Below are positions 53,656 through 64,000 of a stretch of 64,000 bases of DNA, in pieces. The translations under genes were made by a program, and so were the position numbers. This stretch comes from Eledone cirrhosa. Lineage: Eukaryota. The notes under the pieces were generated by a model. It saw only the letters and a program-made list of their open reading frames with translations, did no database searches and had not been told where the DNA came from. Each line of letters begins with the position of its first letter. Position 1 is the stretch's first letter. The stretch is from NCBI GenBank assembly GCA_964016885.1, contig OZ024746.1:30814001-30878000 (forward strand), written 5' to 3'.

Positions 53656-53839
53656 TGAAGCCATGAACGATTATCACTGATCTCATCAGGTGAAAACGAA
53701 TTGTCTTCAAATTCTTGATATGAGGGAGAAAAAAATAACGATGTTCTCTCACAGAATTCATTCCCTCATATGGGAATTCTGTGAGAGAATATCGTTATTT
53801 TTTTCTCCCTCATATCAAGAATTTGAAGACAATTCATTT

Positions 53840-53913
53840 TCACCTGATGAGATCAGTGATAATCGATCATGGCTTCACAATCGATCTATCTCTTATTGAA
53901 ACACGTGTCGTGA
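53840..53913 (+). ncRNA. Hammerhead ribozyme, long helix II, palindromic helix III (family C)
   Basis: tcac-CTGATGA-gatcagtgataatcgatcatggcttcacaatcgatctatctcttatt-GAAA-cacgtg-TC-gtga. Confidence 0.7.
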
Positions 53914-54085
53914 TTAAATGATTGGAATTTTACCTTGCCTTCGGATTTTCATGTTGATACTTATACTCCGTTTTACATCATCTAGCTGTTCCCTTGAATG
54001 GAATTGGAGATATACAAAAGCGTGGAGAACTTAATATTGCTAACATAAAGTTATTGGACCATTTTACACAACCAATAATGCACCT

Positions 54086-54125
<40 letters not shown>

Positions 54126-54236
54126 CTCCAGTTCCCCAGTGAATTAACAACCCAACAAGGAACTGGGCATATCAGAGTATTGACAATATCATACACCTAA
54201 ATAACATATGTACTTGTCTATACCATACTAATTCAA

Positions 54237-54291
54237 ACTGCCTGAAGAGGTCACAGCCAATGATGGCTGTCAATGAAATATATATAGCAGT
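54237..54291 (+). ncRNA. Type I hammerhead ribozyme (family F)
   Basis: actgc-CTGAAGA-ggtc acagcca atga tggctgt caat-GAAA-tatata-TA-gcagt; helix I actgc/gcagt; followed by AATAAA. Confidence 0.75.
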
Positions 54292-54335
54292 AATAAACGA
54301 AGCTAAATTTTAATCATTTGACTTTTATTTAACTT

Positions 54336-54433
<98 letters not shown>

Positions 54434-54527
54434 GTGGAACACTGGAAGGTAATATCCGTAGTGGTAGAGCACTCAGTCCAAGGGACGAGTTAGGTAGAAG
54501 TGGTTACACAACAGTTAGTTCACCATA

Positions 54528-54567
54528 CCGAGAACAATTGTTTCACCTTCGCCGATCTTCAGCTCGG
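54528..54567 (-). ncRNA. Minimal hammerhead ribozyme (family I)
   Basis: ccgag-CTGAAGA-tcggcgaaggt-GAAA-caattg-TT-ctcgg; helix II weak. Confidence 0.65.
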
Positions 54568-54647
54568 GATGTGTATGTTTATAGGAACAGGAAGGACAAC
54601 CGTACGAACGCGCATGCGCAGAAACTCGGTCACTTTACACAGGCAAT

Positions 54648-54716
<69 letters not shown>

Positions 54717-54897
54717 GTTATTCCGGGTTGAATCGGAGGTAACCACAGTAAGTAAGGTACTCAATACATTGCAGAGTATAACAGTTTTAATATAGATGAG
54801 ATTCTACAGGACTAGAACTGTTTCATTCTTTAGAAATCATCAGATGATTTCTAAAGAATGAAACAGTTCTAGTCCTGTAGAATCTCATCTATATTAA

Positions 54898-54953
<56 letters not shown>

Positions 54954-55359
54954 ATATAAATGGGAGATACGAGGTTCGGTACCCCGTAGCGGCCGAGGGG
55001 ACTTCTTTTTCCGTCTTCAAGGGTCTTCACGCTATATTATAGCATCTCTGCACATGAGCACACCACTCTTTATATATATATATGGCTATTTAAAACAAAA
55101 AATTCTATATTACTAAATAATTTATTCGTTTGTGTAAAAATGTTCGTCGCTCTTTCAACGATATGGTAACTGGCATAATTTTGACACCAGGAAATAATAA
55201 ATGATAACCATAAAGAGATCTTAACAGCTTTGGTATTTTTAAGAGGTTAAAATGACTTTTTATACGATGTAATTGTTTTAATTTAACACACATTCTTAGA
55301 TCAAGCCATTTTGTATAAATATATATATATATCATCTATATTTATTTGGCCTAATACAA

Positions 55360-55442
<83 letters not shown>

Positions 55443-55507
55443 CACACACAGACACACATACACACAAACACACACATACACACACTCACTCACACACACA
55501 TACAGAA

Positions 55508-55539
<32 letters not shown>

Positions 55540-55757
55540 ACATACACATACTCACTCACACACACACACACACACATACACACACACACACACACACAGA
55601 CACACACAGACACACACACACACAGGCACGCGTAAAACACGCACACCCCATATCGTATACACCTCACACCACACATCATACCACACTACATACCACACAC
55701 ACCATACATCATATACAACACCCAGAGACAATAGATGTCACATTATTCATTGCAAAA

Positions 55758-55944
55758 GGGCGGTGGATTTGCAGTATCGGTAATGGCTCGGACGCCATGC
55801 TTTGACGCATAGAGTTACGGCCCTTGCCATTCTGAGCTCAAATCCCGCCGAGGTTAACTTTGCCTTTCATTTTTACGGGGTCGATAAAATAAAGTACCAG
55901 TAATACACTGGGATATTGCTGGCCTTGTGCCAAAAGTAGAAACA
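55758..55944 (+). mobile_element. tRNA-derived SINE with 16-bp TSD
   Basis: GGGCGGTGGATTTGCAG...GAGCTCAAATCCCGCCGAGG...AGTAGAAACA; TSD ATTATTCATTGCAAAA at 55742-55757 and 55945-55960. Confidence 0.88.
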
Positions 55945-56067
55945 ATTATTCATTGCAAAATTAGTAGAATTTCGATAGAATTCAAATCCCTGTTGAAGTT
56001 AAAATATCAAGGAAACATATCCCATGAGTATGTTTGTGTATATATATATATATATGTATATACAATG

Positions 56068-56112
<45 letters not shown>

Positions 56113-56226
56113 TCAATATTTTCCATATTCATATTTTACGCCAGTATATTATTCCCTCAATAACCTTTTTAGCCATCACACTCCACAACACCAACATACA
56201 CACACACACACATATATAGATATATG

Positions 56227-56338
<112 letters not shown>

Positions 56339-56464
56339 TGTATGTATGTATGCATATGTATATATACTTTACACATGACATTCATGATAGGAATTCCTTA
56401 ACTCCTCTGGGACATGTCACTCATTTTATTTTCCCTCCTTTCCCTCTCTCATTCTTTCCTCCAC

Positions 56465-56535
<71 letters not shown>

Positions 56536-56553
56536 TCTCCCCGCTTTCTCTCT

Positions 56554-56619
<66 letters not shown>

Positions 56620-57093
56620 CCCACGGCTACTAAACTCTATATTTCACCCAATGTTGTGCCATTGCCATTTCTGTTGACTGTGTAATTGATGTAATGTTTT
56701 ATATAGCACTACAAGATTGCTGCTGTTCTTCTTTCTGTTGTTATGAGTTGTTGTGTGCTGTAAGGTTACCCAAGTGTCTTCTACTCTAGCCTCGGATTAA
56801 CAAATTCCATTTGAGTGACATTTATTACATAGAAACTGTGCATACACCTATTCTGTCACAACGTTTTTTTAACCTAATTAGATTGTTCTCTACAAAATAT
56901 TAGTTATCTGGTTTCCTATGTTATTGGGAGTGTGCAAAGCTCTGAGCTCTTGGATTTTTTAGCCCTAATTCTCTCCTAGAGCTATGGTAGAGCAACAAGA
57001 TCGTTATATATTATATATCAATCTCTTTTGATATATATATATATAGAGAGAGAGAGAAATTACATGAATCAAAGTTCAGTTTAAATCATTTAT

Positions 57094-57142
57094 TTGCTTA
57101 CAATTGTTTCCTCCAAACCGAGGTTTCGATTCTTCGGAGCAA
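57094..57142 (-). ncRNA. Hammerhead ribozyme, CCGAAGA core (family E)
   Basis: ttgct-CCGAAGA-atcgaaacctcggtttggag-GAAA-caattg-TA-agcaa. Confidence 0.65.
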
Positions 57143-58037
57143 CTATTTAGTGATTTTTACATACTTGACCTCCTTTTCAACACAAGAGACATATAAAAAC
57201 ATGTATATATTGACCCACAGTGTGTTGACATCCATCATAATAATATAATAATATGGCAATTTACATACATTCATATTAAAGGAGAAAATTAAAGTTAAAA
57301 TTAAAATTAAAATAAATAAAAATAAAAATAAAAATAAAAATAAAAATAAAAATAAAAATAAAAATAAAAATAAAAATAAAAATAAAAATAAAAATAAAAA
57401 TAAAAATTAAAATTAAAATAAAAATAAAAATTAAAATTAAAATTAAAATTAAAATAAAAATAAGGCTAAAAATAAAGCATTGGCAGTTTATGAAGATAAA
57501 GCAAGAGGAAAGTTTAGAGTAGTCAGTGTACGAAACAGTCTCACGTGTGGCATGCACGCGTGTCTTATTTATACAGTATTATAGTGCAGCAGATTGATAC
57601 ATGTAAAACAAGCAGTTAAAGCAGGTAATCAATAGCATTATGGGTCTATAATGCTAAAGCATTTTTCACACACACCTGTACGATATATACGTGTAAGCCC
57701 GTTTGTAGAGAAACACCAAAAATATAACAAATGTAACAAATGAGAAGCAAAACAGCACCACTGTCCTCGCACCCACCACCACTCACACAATCCAGGAAAC
57801 GCAATTTATATACTACATGTCCATTATAAAATCCACGATGATTCGATATTGGGTGTCCGATGAACCATTAATTTTAATTTTAACTTTAATTTTGTCCTTT
57901 AATATGAATGTATGTAAATTGCCATATTATTATATTATTATGATGGATGTCAACACACTGTGGGTCAATATATACATATGTTTTTATATGTCTCTTGTGT
58001 TGAAAAGGAGTTCAAGTATGTAAAAATCACTAAATAG

Positions 58038-58086
58038 TTGCTCCGAAGAATCCAAACCTCGGTTTGGAGGAAACAATTGTAAGCAA
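58038..58086 (+). ncRNA. Hammerhead ribozyme, CCGAAGA core (family E)
   Basis: ttgct-CCGAAGA-a tccaaac ctcg gtttgga g-GAAA-caattg-TA-agcaa. Confidence 0.7.
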
Positions 58087-58407
58087 ATAAATGATTTAAA
58101 CTGAACTTTGATTCATGTAATTTCTATATAACTGCTCTGTAAAACAACTGATGTTATTACATTGAGCTATTTATCTTACTGGTAATAAGATAGTAATGAA
58201 TTACTGTCTTACACTATTTAGGGTTTAAAAAATATATATAACTATATAAGGTTTTATTATATACATAACCATAAATAGTATCCTTAATAATATATATATA
58301 TATATATATATTTCTATATCAAGCGTTAACCTATTATATCACTTCCATATACTGTACAGATTGTGTTGTTATTTCTGTTTACCTTTTACATACATATATA
58401 TATATAT

Positions 58408-58495
<88 letters not shown>

Positions 58496-58496
58496 C

Positions 58497-58527
<31 letters not shown>

Positions 58528-58593
58528 TGATAGATATATATATATATTGATATATATATATCTATATATACATATATATATATAAATATATAA

Positions 58594-58648
<55 letters not shown>

Positions 58649-58678
58649 AAAATATATATATATATATATATATATAAA

Positions 58679-58729
58679 GGCTTCTACAGGACTACAACTG
58701 TTTCATTTGGAAGAAATTATCAGGAAGCC
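58679..58729 (-). ncRNA. Family A-related hammerhead with compensatory helix I; core G8>A
   Basis: ggcttc-CTGATAA-tttcttccaaat-GAAA-cag ttgtagtc ctg-TA-gaagcc. Confidence 0.55.
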
Positions 58730-59015
58730 CTTACTTACTGTGGTTACCTCCGATTGTACCCTATATATATATATTTAAGATTTAAACAACGTTCAATGAA
58801 TACATCAAAGTATAATAAAATATAATTGATCACAAGAATATCTATTTTGTTAATATTTTGAATTAATATATATATATATGCACACATACATATATGTACG
58901 TATGGATTCACCGAACATTCACTATAATGCTCGGTGTGTTTGTAAACAAACATCCCGTATTAAGCCGTAGTGTCTAGCAACCATCGTTGCTCGTTTGTTT
59001 AACACTGACAAAGGA

Positions 59016-59058
59016 ACGCTGTACTAGTTTCAAGCTTATTAGCTATCGTCAGCAACGT
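59016..59058 (-). ncRNA. Minimal type I hammerhead ribozyme (family H, unit 1)
   Basis: acgttg-CTGACGA-t agct aata agct t-GAAA-ctag-TA-cagcgt. Confidence 0.8.
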
Positions 59059-59435
59059 ATACCTTCCTGCCAGATTGTTGAACGTATATACTTACCTTAT
59101 GCATATTAACGGCTGAGTAGTTGAATTTGCATATCGAGTGGGTTAATCGGCCGGGTGCACCGAAAACGATAAACGGAAAAAATGAAACGAAATTTCATTT
59201 CCCACTCTTAGTACGGCTGTTACTTAAATATAAGTATGTACACGTACATACATATATGTATACAGACGTATAGTAGTATGTATATATATATACATACATG
59301 CACACATACATATATGTACGTATGGATTCACCGAACATTTATTATAATGCTCGGTGTGTTTGTAAACAAACATCCCGTATTAAGCCGTAGTGTCCAGCAA
59401 CCATCGTTGCTCGTTTGTTCAACACTGACAAAGGA

Positions 59436-59478
59436 ACGCTGTACTAGTTTCAAGCTTATTAGATATCGTCAGCAACGT
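59436..59478 (-). ncRNA. Minimal type I hammerhead ribozyme (family H, unit 2)
   Basis: As unit 1, with one helix II mismatch (atct vs agct). Confidence 0.72.
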
Positions 59479-59855
59479 ATACCTTCCTGCCAGATTGTTG
59501 AACGTATATACTTACCTTATGCATATTAGCGGCTGAGTAGCCCAATTTGCATATCGAGTGGGTTAATCGGCCGGGTGCACCGAAAACGATAAACGGAAAA
59601 AATGAAACGAAATTTCATTTCCCCCTCTTAGTACGGCTGTTACTTAAATATAAGTATGTACACGTACATACATATATGTATACAGACGTATAGTAGTATG
59701 TATATATATATACATACATGCACACATACATATATGTACGTATGGATTTACCGAACATTTATTATAATGCTCGGTGTGTTTGTAAACAAACATCCCGTAT
59801 TAAGCCGTAGTGTCCAGCAACCATCGTTGCTCGTTTGTTCAACACTGACAAAGGA

Positions 59856-59898
59856 ACGCGGTACTAGTTTCAAGCTTATTAGCTATCGTCAGCAACGT
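59856..59898 (-). ncRNA. Minimal type I hammerhead ribozyme (family H, unit 3)
   Basis: As unit 1, with one helix I mismatch (ccgcgt). Confidence 0.72.
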
Positions 59899-60061
59899 AT
59901 ACCTTCCTGCCAGATTGTTGAACGTATATACTTACCTTATGCATATTAACGGCTGAGTAGCCCAATTTGCATATCGAGTGGGTTAATCGGCCGGGTGCAC
60001 CGAAAACGATAAACGGAAAAAATGAAACAGCCGGGAAATGAAATTTCGTTTCATTTTTTCC

Positions 60062-60117
<56 letters not shown>

Positions 60118-60226
60118 TGGAAAATGTGTGAGATCCTTGGTACAATTAGGTATATTTGAAAAAAAGGAAAAGAATGACTTCACTTGTAGTGTTAAAAAAT
60201 TTGATTTAATTTTATAATATGATAAT

Positions 60227-60307
<81 letters not shown>

Positions 60308-60507
60308 CAAACAGATCAGAGCAAACAGCACGGACACTCTATCTCAAAATTATTTTTGAAAAGCATTTAGAAATGCGCAACCGGTAAAAACTTAAAAACT
60401 TAAAACCACAACTGAATACTAACCCATACAATCACTAATACTCTTTTATTCCTAATTAAACCATTTTTCAACTGTGAACAATTTGTCAGCATTTTCTATT
60501 CCGTTTA

Positions 60508-60544
<37 letters not shown>

Positions 60545-60552
60545 CATTCTCT

Positions 60553-60628
<76 letters not shown>

Positions 60629-60777
60629 ATATATATATTTACATATATATGTATATATGTATATACGTATATGTATATATATATAAAGAGAGCGATATAT
60701 ATATATATATTTGACGCTATAGTCACTTATATATTATGAAATACTGTTGGCTTCTTGCTCACAATAATTTCTATACT

Positions 60778-60854
<77 letters not shown>

Positions 60855-60869
60855 TATATATCTATCTAT

Positions 60870-61148
60870 CTAAGGCGGGTAAAATTCCCGAGATCCATGG
60901 ACGAGTTCTCTCCAGCGGTCTCTGTCCCTCATTATCGCTGCCATGTCCTGCATCTCCAACAGACCAGTGTCTGTCCTTAGGGCATCAACATACGTTAACT
61001 AGAGTCTGTGCTGCTGTATGGGTCTGAGACTTGGACACTGACCAAGAAACTCACTCAGATGGTGGATGGGTGCTACACGAGAATGCTGAGGATGGGTCTG
61101 AACAATAATCAGTATACACTTAGGATGAAAAACTCAGAGCTGTATGGG

Positions 61149-61150
<2 letters not shown>
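60870..61150. mobile_element. RTE-type LINE fragments
   Basis: Plus strand VLLYGSETWTLTKKL...DGCYTRMLRM.LN at 61008-61150; the adjacent 60870-61000 resembles a minus-strand 3' end. Confidence 0.7.
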
Positions 61151-61245
<95 letters not shown>

Positions 61246-61365
61246 AATTTGTGTTTATGTAATTAGTAGCAATCAATTTGTGGGAAACATGTATAAGCAA
61301 ATAAAAAAAAATTTTTAAAGAGTAAAAAGAAAAAATAATATAAACTGAACGAAAAACAAATCCCT

Positions 61366-61396
<31 letters not shown>

Positions 61397-61737
61397 TTAT
61401 ACATTTAATTTATGTTTATTCTTTTATTCCTTAGACGCCGCCTGCTGGAATTGTGAAGAAGCTTGTTCCTCAGTTATTAGGTCCCTGGTTCGATCCCTCT
61501 CCCTGCCATCTTGATTTTGTCGATCATATCGAACCAGTACTTACTTGTTTATTTCTAGTCGAATACTTATTTTATCGATCCCTCTTTTGTCGAACTGCTA
61601 TGTCTAGATATAAACGGATACACACAGCATGGCCATACACACATACACATATATGTACACACACCCACGCACACATACACACACACATATATATATGTGT
61701 GTGTGTATGTGTGCGTGGGTGTGTGTATGTATGTGAA

Positions 61738-61852
61738 AGCACGTGGCTCAGTGTTTAGGGAATTGTATTCGCAATCGTGAGGTTGTGAGTTCGATTCCCG
61801 GGCCGGGCGATGCGTTATGTCCTTGGGCAAGACACTTTACTTCACGTTGTTC
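61738..61852 (+). mobile_element. tRNA-derived SINE head
   Basis: A-box TGGCTCAGTGT, B-box GAGTTCGATTCCC, then GTCCTTGGGCAAGACACTTTAC. Confidence 0.75.
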
Positions 61853-61962
61853 CTTCTACCAGGAGTTGCGACCGGTAGAGAGTATTAGCAATTAGAAAGA
61901 CCAACGGAAACATTGTTTCCACGGTCGGATTTGACGAAAGTCGATCGACTGTCGATATATAT

Positions 61963-62417
61963 AGAGTGGGAAATGAAATTTCGTTTCATTTTTTCTGTTT
62001 ATCGTTTTCGGTGCACCCGGCCGATTAACCCACTCGATATGCAAATTGGACTACTCAGCCGTTAATATGCATAAGGTAAATATATACGTTCAACAATCTG
62101 GCAGGAAGGTATACGTTGCTGACGATAGCTAATAAGCTTGAAACTAGTACAGCGTTCCTTTGTCAGTGTTGAACAAACGAGCAACGATGGTTGCTAGACA
62201 CTACGGCTTAATACGGGATGTTTGTTTACAAACACACCGAGCATTATAATAAATGTTTGGTGAATCCATACGTACATATATATATGTGTGCATGTATGTA
62301 TATATATATACATACTACTGTACGTCTGTATACATATATGTATGTACGTGTACATACTTATATTTAAGTAACAGCCGTACTAAGAGTGGGAAATGAAATT
62401 TCGTTTCATTTTTTTCC

Positions 62418-62422
<5 letters not shown>
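61963..62422 (+). mobile_element. Family H monomer with ~40-bp terminal direct repeat
   Basis: AGAGTGGGAAATGAAATTTCGTTTCATTTTTT at 61963 and 62383 (period 420); inverse orientation to the 58.9-60 kb array. Confidence 0.85.
62113..62155 (+). ncRNA. Minimal type I hammerhead ribozyme (family H)
   Basis: acgttg-CTGACGA-tagctaataagctt-GAAA-ctag-TA-cagcgt. Confidence 0.8.
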
Positions 62423-62462
<40 letters not shown>

Positions 62463-62488
62463 TGTAATAAACAACATAAGGCAATTAT

Positions 62489-62547
62489 TCCATTTACCAG
62501 TGGTTTCTTAAAAGCAAAAAAATGTTGCTTTCAATCCTCAGAATGAA
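62489..62547 (-). ncRNA. Type I hammerhead ribozyme (family G)
   Basis: ttcatt-CTGAGGA-ttgaaagcaa cattt tttgcttttaa-GAAA-cca c tgg-TA-aatgga. Confidence 0.72.
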
Positions 62548-62563
62548 AAAAATCCTGGATTTT

Positions 62564-62621
62564 TTCATTCTGAGGATTGAAAGCAAAATCTTTTGCTTTT
62601 AAGAAATCACTGGTAAATGGA
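62564..62621 (+). ncRNA. Type I hammerhead ribozyme (family G)
   Basis: ttcatt-CTGAGGA-ttgaaagcaaaa tc ttttgcttttaa-GAAA-tca c tgg-TA-aatgga; helix II ~11 bp. Confidence 0.72.
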
Positions 62622-62714
62622 ATAATTGCCTTATGTTGTTTATTACATAACTATTAAGCTCTGTTACCTACATAGAGCACTCTTTTTTCCTGGACTTTTC
62701 CGACGGAATTACTT

Positions 62715-62754
<40 letters not shown>

Positions 62755-62895
62755 TATATTTTGAGAATAAACTCTCAGTCGTTTACAATATATATATATA
62801 TATATATATATACGACGGGCTTCTGCAGTTTCCGTCTACTAATTTCCACTCACAAGTTATTGGTCAAACCAAGTCTACACTGGAAGAAACTTGCT

Positions 62896-63195
62896 CAATG
62901 CCCTCCGGTTAATCGCATCAAATTTACACCAATGCCCTCCTGTTAATGGCATCAAATTTACACCAATGCCCTCCGGTTAATCGCATCAAATTTACACCAA
63001 TGCCCTTCGCTTAATCGCATCAAATTTACACCAATGCCCTCCGGTTAATGACATCAAATTTACACCAATGCCCACCGCTTAATCGCATCAAATTTACACC
63101 AGTGCCCTCCGGTTAATGGCATCAAATTTACACCAATGCCCTCCGCTTAATCGCATCAAATTTACACCAATGTCCTCCGGTTAATCGCATCAAAT
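62896..63195. repeat. 34-bp minisatellite, ~9 copies
   Basis: Unit CAATGCCCTCCGGTTAATCGCATCAAATTTACAC. Confidence 0.9.
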
Positions 63196-63607
63196 AAATA
63201 TACGACTGTTTATTTTATGCATCACACAGCTATTAGGAACCGATCTTTGGTGGTGGGGGAGGGGGTGTAGGAAGGGTGCTAAGTGGGGTGAAGCAACGGT
63301 GTCTGTCTATGACCTTTGACATATAAGCAACACGCTAATATGTTTCTGGTAGTGAAGGTGGTGGTGGTGGTGGTGGTGGTGGTGGGGAATTCGTGGAGGA
63401 GGGGGTAGGCTTTAATCATTCAAGACGGTGAAAGCGTAAAAGATATGAAATTTCGTCCAATCACGTGTTTGAGATGGGGGAGGGGAGTATTGATATCTTA
63501 AAGGTCAGTGATTCGTCCAATCACGTGTTGGAGGGTTGATATCTTAAAGGTCAGCTATGGAAATTATCACTATTTTGCATTGAATGGGAGAAAGGAAGAA
63601 AGAAGGA

Positions 63608-63687
<80 letters not shown>

Positions 63688-64000
63688 ATAATGAATGAAA
63701 GAAAAGAAGGAAAGAAGAAAAAAGGAAAGAAAGATATATAAAGAGAGAAAGAACGAAAGAGATAAAGAAAGATCGTGATAAAAGCAAAATGATTTATGAA
63801 ACGTCTGCTAACATTTAGAAATCTATGGATAGTCACAAAGGAATATATTATACTAGAGAGAGTGGGTAGACGACGACAATTTTTTATGTGATTAGAAATA
63901 TGGGAAAAGCATATAAGAGCGATCACTGATGAATGTTTAAGTCTACAGAGAATTGCAATAGTTTGTTTCCAAAGAGGATTGCAACTAGAAAATAAAGATA

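Larger units (their letters stand above)
57057..58124. mobile_element. Family E Penelope-like element with ~250-bp inverted arms
   Basis: 57057-57310 is the reverse complement of 57868-58124; each arm holds a hammerhead; an expanded (AAAAAT)n tract lies inside. Confidence 0.75.
58868..60066 (-). mobile_element. Retrozyme-like 420-bp tandem array (family H), ~2.75 units plus a short inverted cap
   Basis: AAACGGAAAAAATGAAAC recurs at 59171, 59591 and 60011; one hammerhead per unit; 60033-60066 inverted. Confidence 0.85.

Noticed and set aside
54990-55030. Minus-strand TTGAAGA-cg-GAAA...GTC resembling a core
   Set aside because: Core mismatch, no helix II and no helix I pairing.
58915-59949. 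97-aa ORFs (MYTYIHICIQ...) in the 420-bp repeat
   Set aside because: They begin in low-complexity TA/CA sequence, lie antisense to the ribozyme and show no domain; treated as non-coding.
61865-61955. Compact hairpin cluster (ggaaac-att-gtttcc; gac-gaaa-gtc)
   Set aside because: Single copy with no recognisable ribozyme or ncRNA consensus; not enough to call.

Overview
AT-rich, intron-containing and microsatellite-dense animal DNA. The repeat style suggests a mollusc, probably a cephalopod such as Octopus (inference). The window has four zones. (1) 1-12.3 kb: the 3' six coding exons of GTF2F2 (TFIIF beta/RAP30), including a candidate 21-nt microexon, with introns full of LINE/SINE/MITE debris and minisatellites. 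(2) 15.9-35.1 kb: a cluster of 13 tRNA-Ser(GCT) genes and pseudogenes, built from a ~1.09-kb monomer and a ~3.25-kb higher-order repeat carrying two oppositely oriented genes. (3) 31.4-49 kb: two decayed Buster/Charlie-type hAT transposons with TIRs and 8-bp TSDs, a Penelope GIY-YIG fragment, and scrambled Tx1-type LINEs sitting in (GATA)n. (4) 38-63 kb: a (TA)n-rich zone packed with short non-coding elements. The most notable signal is about 20 complete or near-complete type I hammerhead ribozyme motifs (CUGANGA...GAAA...UH with paired stems) from about 9 unrelated short-element families, found by reading both strands. Many have palindromic, loop-less helix III (dimer-type) and sit in head-to-head palindromes. 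One family forms a 420-bp tandem array with one hammerhead per unit, a retrozyme-like architecture predicted to release 420-nt monomer or circular RNAs. All structures were read by eye; no folding or database search was run.
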